Assembly: GCA_021786315.1 (NCBI GenBank)
Contig: JAJYNN010000002.1
Location: 204,402-268,401 of the forward strand
Reading direction: 5' to 3'
Source of the DNA: a bacterium
GTDB taxonomy: Bacteria > Patescibacteriota > Microgenomatia > Daviesbacterales > UBA10151
Length of the DNA stretch: 64,000 bases
The position numbers and the translations under genes are program-made. The notes beneath the pieces are model-generated. The model saw only the letters and a list, made by a program, of their open reading frames with translations. It did not search any database and had not been told where the DNA came from. Every line of letters begins with the position of its first letter. The first letter of the stretch is position 1. Below, in pieces: positions 18,158 to 27,658 of this stretch.

Positions 18158-19840
18158 ATGGTTAAAGATCAACTTTTAAGGGATCTAAAAAAGGCGGTTA
18201 AGGATTTAGGCTACCAAGCAAATGATATAGTTTGTGCTATTCCTCCGACACCGGCCTTTGGAGACTACTCCTCAAATATCGCGTTACAACTGGCTAAACC
18301 GGAAATAAAAAACGGTAAGCAATCTCCAATAGATATTGCTAATAAAATTAAGGGAAAATTAGACAAGACCAACTACTTGGAAAAGGTGGAAGTTGCCGGC
18401 GGAGGGTTTCTTAACTTTTTTATCAAAGGCGAAGTTTTAGTTAAAAATCTAACCCAGGTTACCCAAATCCCCAAGGATGAAAAACCCCAGAAGCTGATGG
18501 TGGAGTACGGCCATGCCAATATTTTAAAGGAGGTACATTTGGGCCACCTCCGGACATTCATTTTGGGGGAATCTTTAGCCAGGATTTTAGGTGGCGCCGG
18601 CCACAAGGTTTTCCGGGCCAACTACCAGGGGGATATTGGCCTGCATGTGGCCAAGGCTATCTGGGGGATAGAGAAGCTGGGGTTACCCTCCAAAGAGCTC
18701 AATTTTGAGGAAAAGGCCGAGTACTTGGGCAAGGCTTATGCCCAGGGCAGCCTGGACTATGAGGAGAGCTCGGAGGCCAAGCAAAAGATTAACCAGATCA
18801 ACGTTTCCCTATATAGGAAGGAACCCCAATTCCAGGAACTGTATAAGCTGGGGCGGAAGTGGAGCCTGGAATACTACGACGAGGTCTACAAAATTTTGGG
18901 TATTAAATATGACAAGCTTTTTTTTGAAAGCGAAGTCTATTCCCGGGGGGAGCAGCTGGTTTTGGAAAATACCGGTAAGATCTTTGAAAAAAGTGACGGG
19001 GCGGTTATTTTCCCCGGAGAAAAATACGGCCTGCACAACCGGGTCTTTATCAGCTCGGCCGGAGTACCGACTTATGAAGCTAAGGATTTAGGTTTGTCTG
19101 AGAAGCAGTTTGAAACTTTTCCCTTTGACCGGGATATCCATGTTGTCGGCAGTGAGCAGGAAGGCTACTTTAAGGTGGTCATTAAAGCGATTGAGATGGT
19201 ATTGCCCAAGCTTTCCGGCCGCGAATTTCACCTTTCCTACGGCATGGTGGGCTTAAAAGAGGGCAAGATGTCATCCAGAACCGGGGAGGTGGTGACGGTC
19301 AATGAGCTTTTGAATATGGTGGCTGAAAAGGTGCGGGAGGTTGTGAAAGAAAGCAGGCTGGAAGTTAACCGGGAGGTGGTAAGGTCGGTGGCGATGGGGG
19401 CGATTAAGTTTACTTACCTTAAGTTTGCCCCGTCTTCCAATTTGGTTTTTGACCTTCAACAGTCAGTTTCCCTGCAGGGTGACAGTGGCCCGTACTTGCA
19501 ATATACCCACGCCAGGATCCGGTCAGTTTTAAGGGAAGCGGGGGAAGGGGGTTCAGAATTAAGAATGGAGAATTTAGAATTAGAGGTGGAGGAGAGGAAT
19601 TTGGCAAGGAGGTTGGAATACTTTGGGTCTGTTGCCGGACAGGCCGGGAAAGAGTATCGGCCGAACCTGATTTGTGAGTATTTGCTGGATCTGGCGAAAG
19701 ATTTTAACCTTTTTTACCAAAAACATCGTATCATTGCCTCAGAGAAGAAAGATTTAAGGCTTGCCCTAACCCAGGCTACCGGAGAGGTCCTAAAGACCGG
19801 CCTCGAGCTTTTGGGTATTGAGGCCCCAGAAAGGATGTAG
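18158..19840 (+). CDS. argS: Arginyl-tRNA synthetase.
   Basis: HIGH-class motif HLGHLRTF; the length and C-terminal DALR-like region fit ArgS. Confidence 0.85.
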   Translation: MVKDQLLRDLKKAVKDLGYQANDIVCAIPPTPAFGDYSSNIALQLAKPEIKNGKQSPIDIANKIKGKLDKTNYLEKVEVAGGGFLNFFIKGEVLVKNLTQVTQIPKDEKPQKLMVEYGHANILKEVHLGHLRTFILGESLARILGGAGHKVFRANYQGDIGLHVAKAIWGIEKLGLPSKELNFEEKAEYLGKAYAQGSLDYEESSEAKQKINQINVSLYRKEPQFQELYKLGRKWSLEYYDEVYKILGIKYDKLFFESEVYSRGEQLVLENTGKIFEKSDGAVIFPGEKYGLHNRVFISSAGVPTYEAKDLGLSEKQFETFPFDRDIHVVGSEQEGYFKVVIKAIEMVLPKLSGREFHLSYGMVGLKEGKMSSRTGEVVTVNELLNMVAEKVREVVKESRLEVNREVVRSVAMGAIKFTYLKFAPSSNLVFDLQQSVSLQGDSGPYLQYTHARIRSVLREAGEGGSELRMENLELEVEERNLARRLEYFGSVAGQAGKEYRPNLICEYLLDLAKDFNLFYQKHRIIASEKKDLRLALTQATGEVLKTGLELLGIEAPERM

Positions 19841-19922
19841 ACCGGAACATCAGAATATCAGAGTATCAGAAAATCAGATAACTCCGACACTCCGATACTC
19901 TGAAACGCCGACACACTGAAAT

Positions 19923-20990
19923 ATGTTTAAAAAAGAAGAGACCGGCAGAAGAAAACGAGGTGGTTTTTTACCGATTGTTCTATTTAGACTCAGTCTTTCG
20001 ATGTGCATTTTGGCAATTTTTGCTTTGGGAGTCTACCAGGCTTTCCGCTATTTTACCGGCCAGTCCTTAATGGATTTGACCCGGATTAATCCCCGGGAAG
20101 TGGTGGTTTCCCTTTTGACTTCGGATGATATTTCCAAAACCATTTCCGGAATTTTGGGGGTCAGTGTTCCCACTAAAAATCTTCTTCCCGGTTCAGGCAG
20201 CAGCGGGGTCACAAAGCCGGGCTCGCCCCGGCCAACACCTTCCGGATCAATAATCTTAAAATTTGCTGTTATTGCCGACTCCCACTCCGATAATGAAGAC
20301 CTTGGCAAGGCTTTGGCACAAGCCAAAGAAAACGGAGCCAAGTTTGTGATTGGGCTGGGGGATTATTCCGATACCGGGACTTTGGGAGAGCTGGAAAAAG
20401 CCAAGGAGGTATTTTCTGCTTCCGGTTTGCCCACTTATCTTACTGCCGGTGACCATGACCTTTGGGACTCCCGGGATAAAGGTAAAATGGCCACGGCCAA
20501 CTTTTCCGAAGTCTTTGGCTCACCGTACCAAAGTTTCACCGCTTCCAATATCCGCTTTATTTTACTGTTTAACGGGGACAATTATGAGGGAGTGGATTCT
20601 GTCCAGAGGGCCTGGCTGGATGATTTGCTGCACAATACCAGCCAAAAATCAGTCAAGGAAACCCTGGTTTTCCTGCATGAGCCTTTGTACCACCCGACAT
20701 CGGACCGGTTTATGGGGGCAGCGATTAAGACGGATGAAGGCAAGGAAGCAAATAAGGAATTAACCAAGCAGGCAGAAGAACTGCGGGATCTTTTTAAAAG
20801 GGTAGGGGTGGCAGGAGTCTTTGCCGGGGATATCCATGCCTATTCTAACTACGATGACCCGCAATATGGCCTGAGGATGGTGACCGCCGGGGCAGTCACT
20901 TCCAAGCGTAATTCCCAAAAGCCCCGCTATATGATGGTTGACGTTTATGAGGATGGTGGGTACAATATTTCGGATATAGAAATAAAATAA
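19923..20990 (+). CDS. Membrane-anchored calcineurin-like metallophosphoesterase.
   Basis: Motifs GDYSD, AGDHD, FLHEP, GDIHAY; N-terminal TM. Confidence 0.75.
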   Translation: MFKKEETGRRKRGGFLPIVLFRLSLSMCILAIFALGVYQAFRYFTGQSLMDLTRINPREVVVSLLTSDDISKTISGILGVSVPTKNLLPGSGSSGVTKPGSPRPTPSGSIILKFAVIADSHSDNEDLGKALAQAKENGAKFVIGLGDYSDTGTLGELEKAKEVFSASGLPTYLTAGDHDLWDSRDKGKMATANFSEVFGSPYQSFTASNIRFILLFNGDNYEGVDSVQRAWLDDLLHNTSQKSVKETLVFLHEPLYHPTSDRFMGAAIKTDEGKEANKELTKQAEELRDLFKRVGVAGVFAGDIHAYSNYDDPQYGLRMVTAGAVTSKRNSQKPRYMMVDVYEDGGYNISDIEIK

Positions 20991-21070
20991 ATTTTCAAGT
21001 CTCAATTTTAAATTCTCAATGAATTTTTAATGATTTAATCTTGAAAATTGTAAATTGAAAATTAATCAAT

Positions 21071-21622
21071 ATGAATATTAACCCAATGACCCAAAAAACA
21101 TTAGTAATCCTAAAGCCGGACGCGATGCAGCGCGGTTTGGCCGGGGAAATTATCTCCCGCCTGGAAAGGGTGGGTTTGAAGCTCATTCATGCGGAGTTGG
21201 TTAACGCCAGCAAGGAACTGGCCTCCGAGCATTACCCGACAACCCCGGAATGGCTGGAAAAAGTCGGCAACAATACCATCTCTGATTGTGAGAAATACGG
21301 TGTGGATGTTAAAGAGGCCATGGGGACAGATGTGCCTTCAGAGATCGGGGAGTTGGTCCACAAGTGGAATATGGAATATATCTCCTCCGGGCCGGTTTTG
21401 GCGATGGTTTGGGAAGGTATTCATGCTGTGGAAGTAGTTAGGAAGCTTTGCGGCCCGACCCTGCCGCTTTTGGCTCCTGCAGGGACTATCAGAGGGGATT
21501 TCTCATCCAATTCGGCAATCTCGGAGAATGTCGAGCATAAACCTATCAGGAACTTGATTCATGCTTCCGGAACTCCCGATGAAGCAGCCCGCGAAATTGA
21601 ACTCTGGTTTGGCAAAAAATAA
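21071..21622 (+). CDS. ndk: Nucleoside diphosphate kinase with an insertion of about 35-45 aa.
   Basis: LVILKPDA...NLIHASGT...EIELWF. The extra segment lies between HY and SSGPVLAMVWEG. Confidence 0.85.
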   Translation: MNINPMTQKTLVILKPDAMQRGLAGEIISRLERVGLKLIHAELVNASKELASEHYPTTPEWLEKVGNNTISDCEKYGVDVKEAMGTDVPSEIGELVHKWNMEYISSGPVLAMVWEGIHAVEVVRKLCGPTLPLLAPAGTIRGDFSSNSAISENVEHKPIRNLIHASGTPDEAAREIELWFGKK

Positions 21623-21639
21623 CTTCTAATAATGGTCGG

Positions 21640-21700
21640 GGACGAGGGAATAAGGCTACCTTTTGACTTCGTCAAAACGATCTTGATCCCTCTTTAACTG
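21640..21700 (-). other. Duplicated tRNA-Pro 3' fragment (T-arm remnant plus acceptor 3' strand plus CCA) enclosing a hairpin TTTTGACGAAGTCAAAA.
   Basis: The minus strand reads GAGGGA[tcaagatcgttttgacgaagtcaaaaggtagcc]TTATTCCCTCGTCCCCGACCA. The string tcggggacgagggaat is found at both 21646 and 21707. Confidence 0.6.
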
Positions 21701-21707
21701 TGTTCTA

Positions 21708-21780
21708 GTCGGGGACGAGGGAATTGAACCCTCTACTTCTCGAACCCGAATCGAGCGTTCTACCGATGAACTAGTCCCCG
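21708..21780 (-). tRNA. tRNA-Pro (anticodon CGG).
   Basis: Cloverleaf folded by hand: 7-bp acceptor CGGGGAC/GTCCCCG, anticodon loop TTCGGGT, T-loop TTCAATT; CCA not encoded. Confidence 0.75.
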
Positions 21781-21789
21781 AAATTTATG

Positions 21790-21862
21790 TACCCCTGGAG
21801 GGAGTTGCACCCCCGGCCTTTCCCTTAGGACGGGACCGCTCTATCTACTGAGCTACAGGGGC
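21790..21862 (-). tRNA. tRNA-Arg (anticodon CCT); slightly atypical T-loop TGCAACT and a G27-A43 mismatch.
   Basis: GCCCCTG-TA-GCTC-AGTAGATA-GAGC ... loop GTCCTAA ... GGGGGTGCAACTCCCTC-CAGGGGT-A. Confidence 0.55.
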
Positions 21863-21960
21863 CTCAAAATACATCTCATTTTACCAGAATTTAGATAAGA
21901 ATACGATTAGGTCGTGGGAATTCTTATATCCATCTTTTCTTAATACTGTATACTAGAGTT

Positions 21961-22668
21961 ATGGCTGTCCCCAGACACTTTAAAAAGATCTTCGCGATCC
22001 GTTTTCTGGGATATTTCTTAATGCAGGTGGGGCTGTTAACGGTAGTCTTAATCGCTGAGCCGGTGGTGGCGGAAGAAGCCAAATACCGGTTCGACCAGGT
22101 TACCGGAAAGCACTATTCTTTACCCACAGTCATTACCTCCACAGGTCAAACAGCACCCGATAGCAACTCTGACCAGGGAAAATCCTCCTTCGGAAGCTTG
22201 GTTGGTAGGGGTTCGGAAACTATTGTCCCTGTTTCCACGGATTTTGGCATCGTCATTGAGAAAATTAATGCCAATGCCAGGGTAATTGCCAATGTTGATC
22301 CCTCTAATGAAGCAGAGTACACCCAGGCTCTGGGCCAAGGTGTAGCCCATGCTAAAGGTACAGTTTTTCCCGGACAAAAAGGGAATATCTATCTTTTTTC
22401 CCATTCCACAGATGCCCCCTGGAACATTGTCCGCTTTAACGCCATCTTTTATCTTTTGCGGGAGCTTGATCCGGGGGATAGGATAATTATGTTTTACCAG
22501 GGTCGAAGATACGACTATATTGTCTTTGATAAGACCATTGTGAAACCCGAGGATACGGAGTTTTTGACTAACAGTTACGATGAGTCAGTGCTGACACTCC
22601 AGACTTGTGATCCGCCGGGAACACTCTCCAACAGATTAATTGTCCGAGCTAAATTAGTAGGAAACTGA
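21961..22668 (+). CDS. Sortase-family transpeptidase (membrane anchored).
   Basis: Catalytic motifs LFSHS (His) and LTLQTCDP (TLxTC Cys). Confidence 0.75.
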   Translation: MAVPRHFKKIFAIRFLGYFLMQVGLLTVVLIAEPVVAEEAKYRFDQVTGKHYSLPTVITSTGQTAPDSNSDQGKSSFGSLVGRGSETIVPVSTDFGIVIEKINANARVIANVDPSNEAEYTQALGQGVAHAKGTVFPGQKGNIYLFSHSTDAPWNIVRFNAIFYLLRELDPGDRIIMFYQGRRYDYIVFDKTIVKPEDTEFLTNSYDESVLTLQTCDPPGTLSNRLIVRAKLVGN

Positions 22669-22675
22669 TCTTAAA

Positions 22676-22980
22676 AGGGCACTCCTTGGCGTAAGGCAAG
22701 GGGTTACCCCTTCGGTTTGAGCCCTCAGGGTCGAAGACTTATGAATTGGAAAGGTATGGTTTTTCTTTTGCGTCTTTTTTAAGAACTTGCTCTCAAGTTC
22801 GCAAGACCTTGCGACAGCAAGCTGTCTTAAAAAAAGACGCCCAAAAATCGCCCACGGGAACGGTCCCTAAATTCTACGGCTTGCTGGTCGGGGGAAAGCT
22901 GCCCCCTCGATCACGGCTTTGCCGGATCGGCATCCCCCTGACAGCTTCGCCTAGAATTCTTAACGGGCTTGCGTTCCAGT
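22676..22980 (+). ncRNA. Candidate structured RNA/MITE element, copy B. It is identical to A over about 150 nt but carries an extra about 50-nt hairpin inserted in its first stem-loop.
   Basis: ...aagacgcccaaaaatcgcccacgggaacggtccctaaattctacggcttgctggtcgggggaaagctgccccctcgatcacggctttgccggatcggcatccccctgacagcttcgcctagaattcttaacgggcttgcgttcca. Confidence 0.4.
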
Positions 22981-23007
22981 GGGCTAGGGAAAAAGAGGAC
23001 GGAAAAC

Positions 23008-24270
23008 TTATTTCAAATTAATTCCGAAGAGGTTGGGTTGGGAAGCAGTGGTTGTAGCAAAGGATGTTAAGATTACCAGCTTGGAGGAATCCGGCCAGGG
23101 AAAGACGTTCGTCCCTTCAAAGTTGCCGGCAAAGATTTCCGCCACATTGCTTCCGTCAAGCTCTGCAATAGAGATTTTGCCTTCCTGGACCAGGATTACA
23201 TGCCGGGAATCAGGCAGCCAGTAATAGGCGAGGGCATCGGGTAAGGTATACTCTTTGTTTCCGGTTAAAGGTTGGCCCTTTTGGTCGGGTGTGGGGTTCT
23301 TGGAGCCGCTCTTTGCAGCCGAACCGGAAGATAGGTCATAAACCCTGGCTGACAGGGTTGGAGCTTTGTCGGTAGCTTTAGTCGGTTGGCCGCTGATAAC
23401 CATAAACTTGGTTTCATCAGGCGACCACTTGGCAATAGTCGCGGAAGCTGAGGCGGTAGAAGCAGAGGCAATTTGTTTAATCCTTAGGTCCTGGATCACC
23501 GCTACCCGGCTGTCGTCTTTTGCTTTTTGGTCATCAGTCCATTCTTTTAATGTTCCGGCGACCATGGGAGTGATATCTTTTATATCAGACAGTGAACTTT
23601 GTCGATCAACCGGAAGGAGGTAGTTTCTGGTGTTGGCATCTCCCGGCTGGCCATTTTCCTGTAAAGTAACTAAGACTTGGGTGGAATCGGGGGAGAATTT
23701 AATGGAGGCTTTAGAAAAATCCAAATTTTGGGTGGAAGCTATTAGTTGGTGGGGCTCAGCTCCCCGGGCGAAAGCAATTGGCTGGTTAGTCATAGTCCAA
23801 ACCCAGATGCCGCCTTTTTGCCTGACATGGGAATCATTTTGGTAGGGTACCGCATAAGCCAACTTCTGGCCGTCAGGGGAAAGGGTAGGGTTTTGGGCTC
23901 CGTTTACTGTCAAAGGATACAAAGTAGGCAGTGCGGGGAAGAGGGTAGCCTTAATTTCGGTGACCAACCCCTCGGAAACATCCACGTTCTTTTCCCAGGG
24001 GATAAAGCCTTCTTTGACGATCCGAACTTTGTAACTTTGGGGTTTAAGCTGGGAAATGGTGGTATTGGTGGCTGTGGCCAGATGTCCGTCCACATAAACG
24101 GAGGCTCCATCAGGAGCGGAGGAGATGGCAAGTAATCCTGTACCAACAACCCGGCCTTCTTTGGGGGAGAATGTATAGCCTTTAGCAAAAAAAACAGCTG
24201 CGGCTGCCCCTAATCCAATTACCACTAAGGTAATGATGGTGATGATAAATTGCTTGCTCACAAGACTCAT
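23008..24270 (-). CDS. Membrane-anchored PEGA-domain plus TolB-like beta-propeller protein.
   Basis: PEGA-like VRIVKEGFIPWEKNV; repeated WSPD/FSPD blades (SPDGQKLAY, FSPDSTQVLV, WSPDETKFMV). Confidence 0.6.
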   Translation of the reverse strand: MSLVSKQFIITIITLVVIGLGAAAAVFFAKGYTFSPKEGRVVGTGLLAISSAPDGASVYVDGHLATATNTTISQLKPQSYKVRIVKEGFIPWEKNVDVSEGLVTEIKATLFPALPTLYPLTVNGAQNPTLSPDGQKLAYAVPYQNDSHVRQKGGIWVWTMTNQPIAFARGAEPHQLIASTQNLDFSKASIKFSPDSTQVLVTLQENGQPGDANTRNYLLPVDRQSSLSDIKDITPMVAGTLKEWTDDQKAKDDSRVAVIQDLRIKQIASASTASASATIAKWSPDETKFMVISGQPTKATDKAPTLSARVYDLSSGSAAKSGSKNPTPDQKGQPLTGNKEYTLPDALAYYWLPDSRHVILVQEGKISIAELDGSNVAEIFAGNFEGTNVFPWPDSSKLVILTSFATTTASQPNLFGINLK

Positions 24271-24291
24271 TATACTATTTTTAGGGGATAA

Positions 24292-25500
24292 TCAACAGCT
24301 TTCTAACACTTTGAGGGTTTCTCTGGCAGCTTTTTCCCAGGAGAATTTCTTGATTTGGGAAAATCCCTTATTGGAAAGTTCTTTTCGCAGCTTCGGATCG
24401 CTTGTCAGTTTACTGATTCCTTTGCTAATTTCCTCTTCCTGGTAAGGGTTGACGATGATGGCGGCGTTTCCGGCCACTTCCGGACAGCTGGAAGTATTGG
24501 AAGTTAAGACCGGGCAGCCGCAAGCCATGGCTTCCAGGATTGGCAAGCCAAAACCTTCAAACAGGGATGGGTAAAGGAAAGCTAAAGCCCCGGAATACAA
24601 AGCCGGAAGTTCCTCATCTGGAACATATCCTAAAAATTTAACCTGTTTTTCAATGCCTAATTCTTGGGGTAGGGAGTAAATCTCATCTGCCAGCCAGCCT
24701 TTGGAACCAGCCAAAACAAGCTGGAGTTTCTTATAAGGTGACGCCTTGACGTACGTTAAGGCGTCACCTTGAAAACCGGTCGCCCCTTGCTTTATAAATT
24801 TGGCATATGCTTTAATTAACTGTTCCAGGTTTTTTCTGGGTTGGATAGTTCCTACAAACAGGAAATAATTTTGATCTTCTAAGTTATATTTCTTTAGCGT
24901 TTGTCCTAATTGACTGCCCCTTACCGGTTTAAAAAGTTTTTCATTGTAACCCTCGTAAACAACAGTAATTTTATCTGCCGGTATCCCTACCTTATTAATT
25001 AAATCTTCTCTGGTGGACTTGGAAACGGCAATGATATGGGTAGCAGACTTCAATTGCCGGTGAGTCATAAAGTTTAAGTAAAGCCTTTGTTTTAATTGAT
25101 GGGTTCGAGGTAAATATTCCGCTCCCAAATCGTGGACTGTGACCACAGTTTTTAGGCCGGGTTTACGGAAAAGGGGGAGCGTGTGGGCGGGGATGAAAAG
25201 GACATCCAGATCTTTCTCTAAAAATGTTCTTTTCGCCAAGCCATACTGGGTCCAGAGCCTGTGCAAAGGTATGAGATCAGCCTCAAAATTAGCGGCTTCC
25301 GCTATCCCGGACCCGATCCGGGATCTAAATTCCTGGATCCCTGCTTTCGCAGGGACGATCCCGGAAAACGGACTTAAATAAACTTTATATTGATTCCGGT
25401 GGTCAATTTTAGCCAGATGAGAGAGTATCTGGTAGGAATAATTCTCTGTCCCTGTCCTTTTGCCTATAAAAGATCGGGATGCATCGTAGCCAATGATCAT
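24292..25500 (-). CDS. Family 1/4 glycosyltransferase carrying an in-frame palindromic-element insertion.
   Basis: C-terminal GT-B motif FEGFGLPILEAMACGCPV; the hairpin element encodes GFQGDALTYVKASPYK. Confidence 0.8.
   Translation of the reverse strand: MIIGYDASRSFIGKRTGTENYSYQILSHLAKIDHRNQYKVYLSPFSGIVPAKAGIQEFRSRIGSGIAEAANFEADLIPLHRLWTQYGLAKRTFLEKDLDVLFIPAHTLPLFRKPGLKTVVTVHDLGAEYLPRTHQLKQRLYLNFMTHRQLKSATHIIAVSKSTREDLINKVGIPADKITVVYEGYNEKLFKPVRGSQLGQTLKKYNLEDQNYFLFVGTIQPRKNLEQLIKAYAKFIKQGATGFQGDALTYVKASPYKKLQLVLAGSKGWLADEIYSLPQELGIEKQVKFLGYVPDEELPALYSGALAFLYPSLFEGFGLPILEAMACGCPVLTSNTSSCPEVAGNAAIIVNPYQEEEISKGISKLTSDPKLRKELSNKGFSQIKKFSWEKAARETLKVLESC
24735..24770. repeat. Type-1 palindromic element inserted in frame inside the GT4 gene.
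   Basis: aaggtgacgccttgacgtacgttaaggcgtcacctt lies within ORF 24292-25500, and the reading frame is maintained. Confidence 0.85.
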
Positions 25501-25612
25501 AATAATTTCTAATTTTTAATTTACAATTTTTAAATAATATCTAAATGATTAAATGTTTTAAAATCGGAACATTGATAATTTATTTAAAATTTAAAATTTA
25601 TAATTGAAAATT

Positions 25613-26632
25613 TTATCTCTTGCTTACGCTCCTTTTATACAAGTCCAGGTTTTCCAGGGCCATGCCTGTTCCATAGGCCACGCACATCAAGGGGTTCTCG
25701 GCAACATGGCAGGGAACACCGGTGGCCTCGGTCATGAGTTTATCCAGGTTGTTCAGTTGGGAGGTGCCTCCGGAAAAAACAATACCTTTATCGATAATAT
25801 CTGAAGCTAGCTCCGGGGGAGTCTGTTCGAGAACGTTTTTGACCGCAGCCACAATTTTTTGCACTGTTGGTTCAATCATCTCATGGACTTCAGCGGTGGT
25901 AAGCTCAATAGTCCGGGGAAGTCCGGTGATGGCGTCCCGGCCCCGGACAGGCAGGGTTTTATTCTCGCTGGATTTAGGGTTAGTTGCTGAAGCGATCCTG
26001 ATCTTAACCTCTTCGGCCTGGTTTTCCCCGATTATCAGTCCGTATTTCTTTCTGACAGCAGTCTGGATAGCCTCGTCAACCTTATTGCCGCCAACTCTGG
26101 CTGAGTTGTGGACGACCACACCTCCCAGACAGATCACCGCCGCCTCGGTGGTGCCCCCGCCGATATCCACGATCATGTTTCCGGAAGGGTTGGCAATTGG
26201 AATCCGGGCGCCGATGGCTGCAGCCAATGGTTCATCAATCAGATAGGCGGTTTTGGCGCCGGCAGAGAGGGTAGCGTCAAGCACGGCCCGGCGTTCCACC
26301 GAGGTCACTCCGGCAGGGACACAAATCATCACCTCCGGCTTAAAAAGGTGGGAGTGGCCGCAAACCTTATCGATAAAATAACGGAGCATGGCTTCAGTGA
26401 TGACGTAATCGGCGATAACCCCTTCGCGGAGCGGCCGGGAGGCGGTGATATTACCCGGAGTGCGTCCCAGCATCTCTTTAGCTTCGTTTCCGACAGCCAA
26501 TACCCGGTTATCATCAGTGGAAACAGCCACCACAGTCGGCTCATTTAAGACAATTCCTTCGCCGCCCAAATAAACCAGGGAGTTGGCAGTGCCTAAGTCA
26601 ATGCCGATGCGTTTGCCTAAATTAAACATCAT
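25613..26632 (-). CDS. mreB: Actin-like MreB/Mbl paralog 1.
   Basis: IGIDLGTANSLVY...; sugar-kinase/actin fold motifs throughout. Confidence 0.85.
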   Translation of the reverse strand: MMFNLGKRIGIDLGTANSLVYLGGEGIVLNEPTVVAVSTDDNRVLAVGNEAKEMLGRTPGNITASRPLREGVIADYVITEAMLRYFIDKVCGHSHLFKPEVMICVPAGVTSVERRAVLDATLSAGAKTAYLIDEPLAAAIGARIPIANPSGNMIVDIGGGTTEAAVICLGGVVVHNSARVGGNKVDEAIQTAVRKKYGLIIGENQAEEVKIRIASATNPKSSENKTLPVRGRDAITGLPRTIELTTAEVHEMIEPTVQKIVAAVKNVLEQTPPELASDIIDKGIVFSGGTSQLNNLDKLMTEATGVPCHVAENPLMCVAYGTGMALENLDLYKRSVSKR

Positions 26633-26741
26633 CTAAATTTTACTTCCGGGTTAACCCGATCACAAGACCTATTAAATATATAGAAATAGAACAAGAAGTA
26701 AAAGTTGAGAGTTATAAGCAGAGCTTGCGGCTGTTGGCCTA

Positions 26742-26778
26742 AAGGTGACGCCTTGCCTTACGACAAGGCGTCACCTTG
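26742..26778. repeat. Type-1 palindromic element.
   Basis: aaggtgacgccttgccttacgacaaggcgtcacctt. Confidence 0.85.
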
Positions 26779-26803
26779 AGAAAAACATGGTACACTATGA
26801 GAA

Positions 26804-27550
26804 ATGGAAGCTACATTAAGATCTGTAAACATTTTTGGAGTCCGGGTAGACAAAGTGAATATGGAGGAATCTGTGGGTATAGTGGAAGGTTGGTTAGAAG
26901 GAAAAGAAAAACACTATATTGTAACCCCGAATCCCGAATTTATAATGGCTGCACAAAAGGACGAGGAGTTTAAAAAGGTTCTAAATAATGCCGACTTAGC
27001 AGTTCCTGACGGAGTGGGGTTAAAACTGGCAAGTGATATAGAAAGCAATACTCCCGGAGTTTATCTTTTGGAGGGGCTTTGTAGGGAGGTTTCAAAAAAG
27101 GGCTTTACAGTAGGCTTTTTGGGTGGCAGGAATGGGGTAGCAAAGAAAGCCGCCGAGTGCTTACAGAAAAAGTATCCCGGACTAAAAGTGAGTATTGCCG
27201 ATGATGGCGGGAATATTGATTCCGACGGTGAATCGCTCGGGGTCTTGCCACCTAGCGATTTTCCAAAAACCGACATACTATTTGTCGCGTATGGCCAAAT
27301 TAAGCAGGAAAAATGGATTTATAGGAATTTGGAAAAGATTCCGGTTAAAGTAGCCATGGGAGTTGGGGGATCATTTGATGAGATTTCCGGTCGGGTGTTG
27401 CGGGTTCCCCGTTGGGTGCACAACTTGGGCTTAAAATGGTTGGTCAGGCTCATCCTTCAGCCTTGGAGAATCAAAAGACAGCTAGCGCTTATTAAATTTA
27501 TATGGATGGTGATAAGCGCTAAATTTTCAATGATCAATAACCAATTTTAA
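26804..27550 (+). CDS. WecB/TagA/CpsF-family (GT26) glycosyltransferase.
   Basis: VNIFGVRVD...YIVTPNPEF...DLAVPDGVG is a typical GT26 N-terminus. Confidence 0.75.
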   Translation: MEATLRSVNIFGVRVDKVNMEESVGIVEGWLEGKEKHYIVTPNPEFIMAAQKDEEFKKVLNNADLAVPDGVGLKLASDIESNTPGVYLLEGLCREVSKKGFTVGFLGGRNGVAKKAAECLQKKYPGLKVSIADDGGNIDSDGESLGVLPPSDFPKTDILFVAYGQIKQEKWIYRNLEKIPVKVAMGVGGSFDEISGRVLRVPRWVHNLGLKWLVRLILQPWRIKRQLALIKFIWMVISAKFSMINNQF

Positions 27551-27658
27551 AATAAACCTCAATGATTAATGTTCAAAATTTAAACATTCAGAAATTAGAA
27601 ATTCATTGAGACTTGAAAATTGTAAATTGAAAATTTAATTTGTGCTACACTGGAAAAG

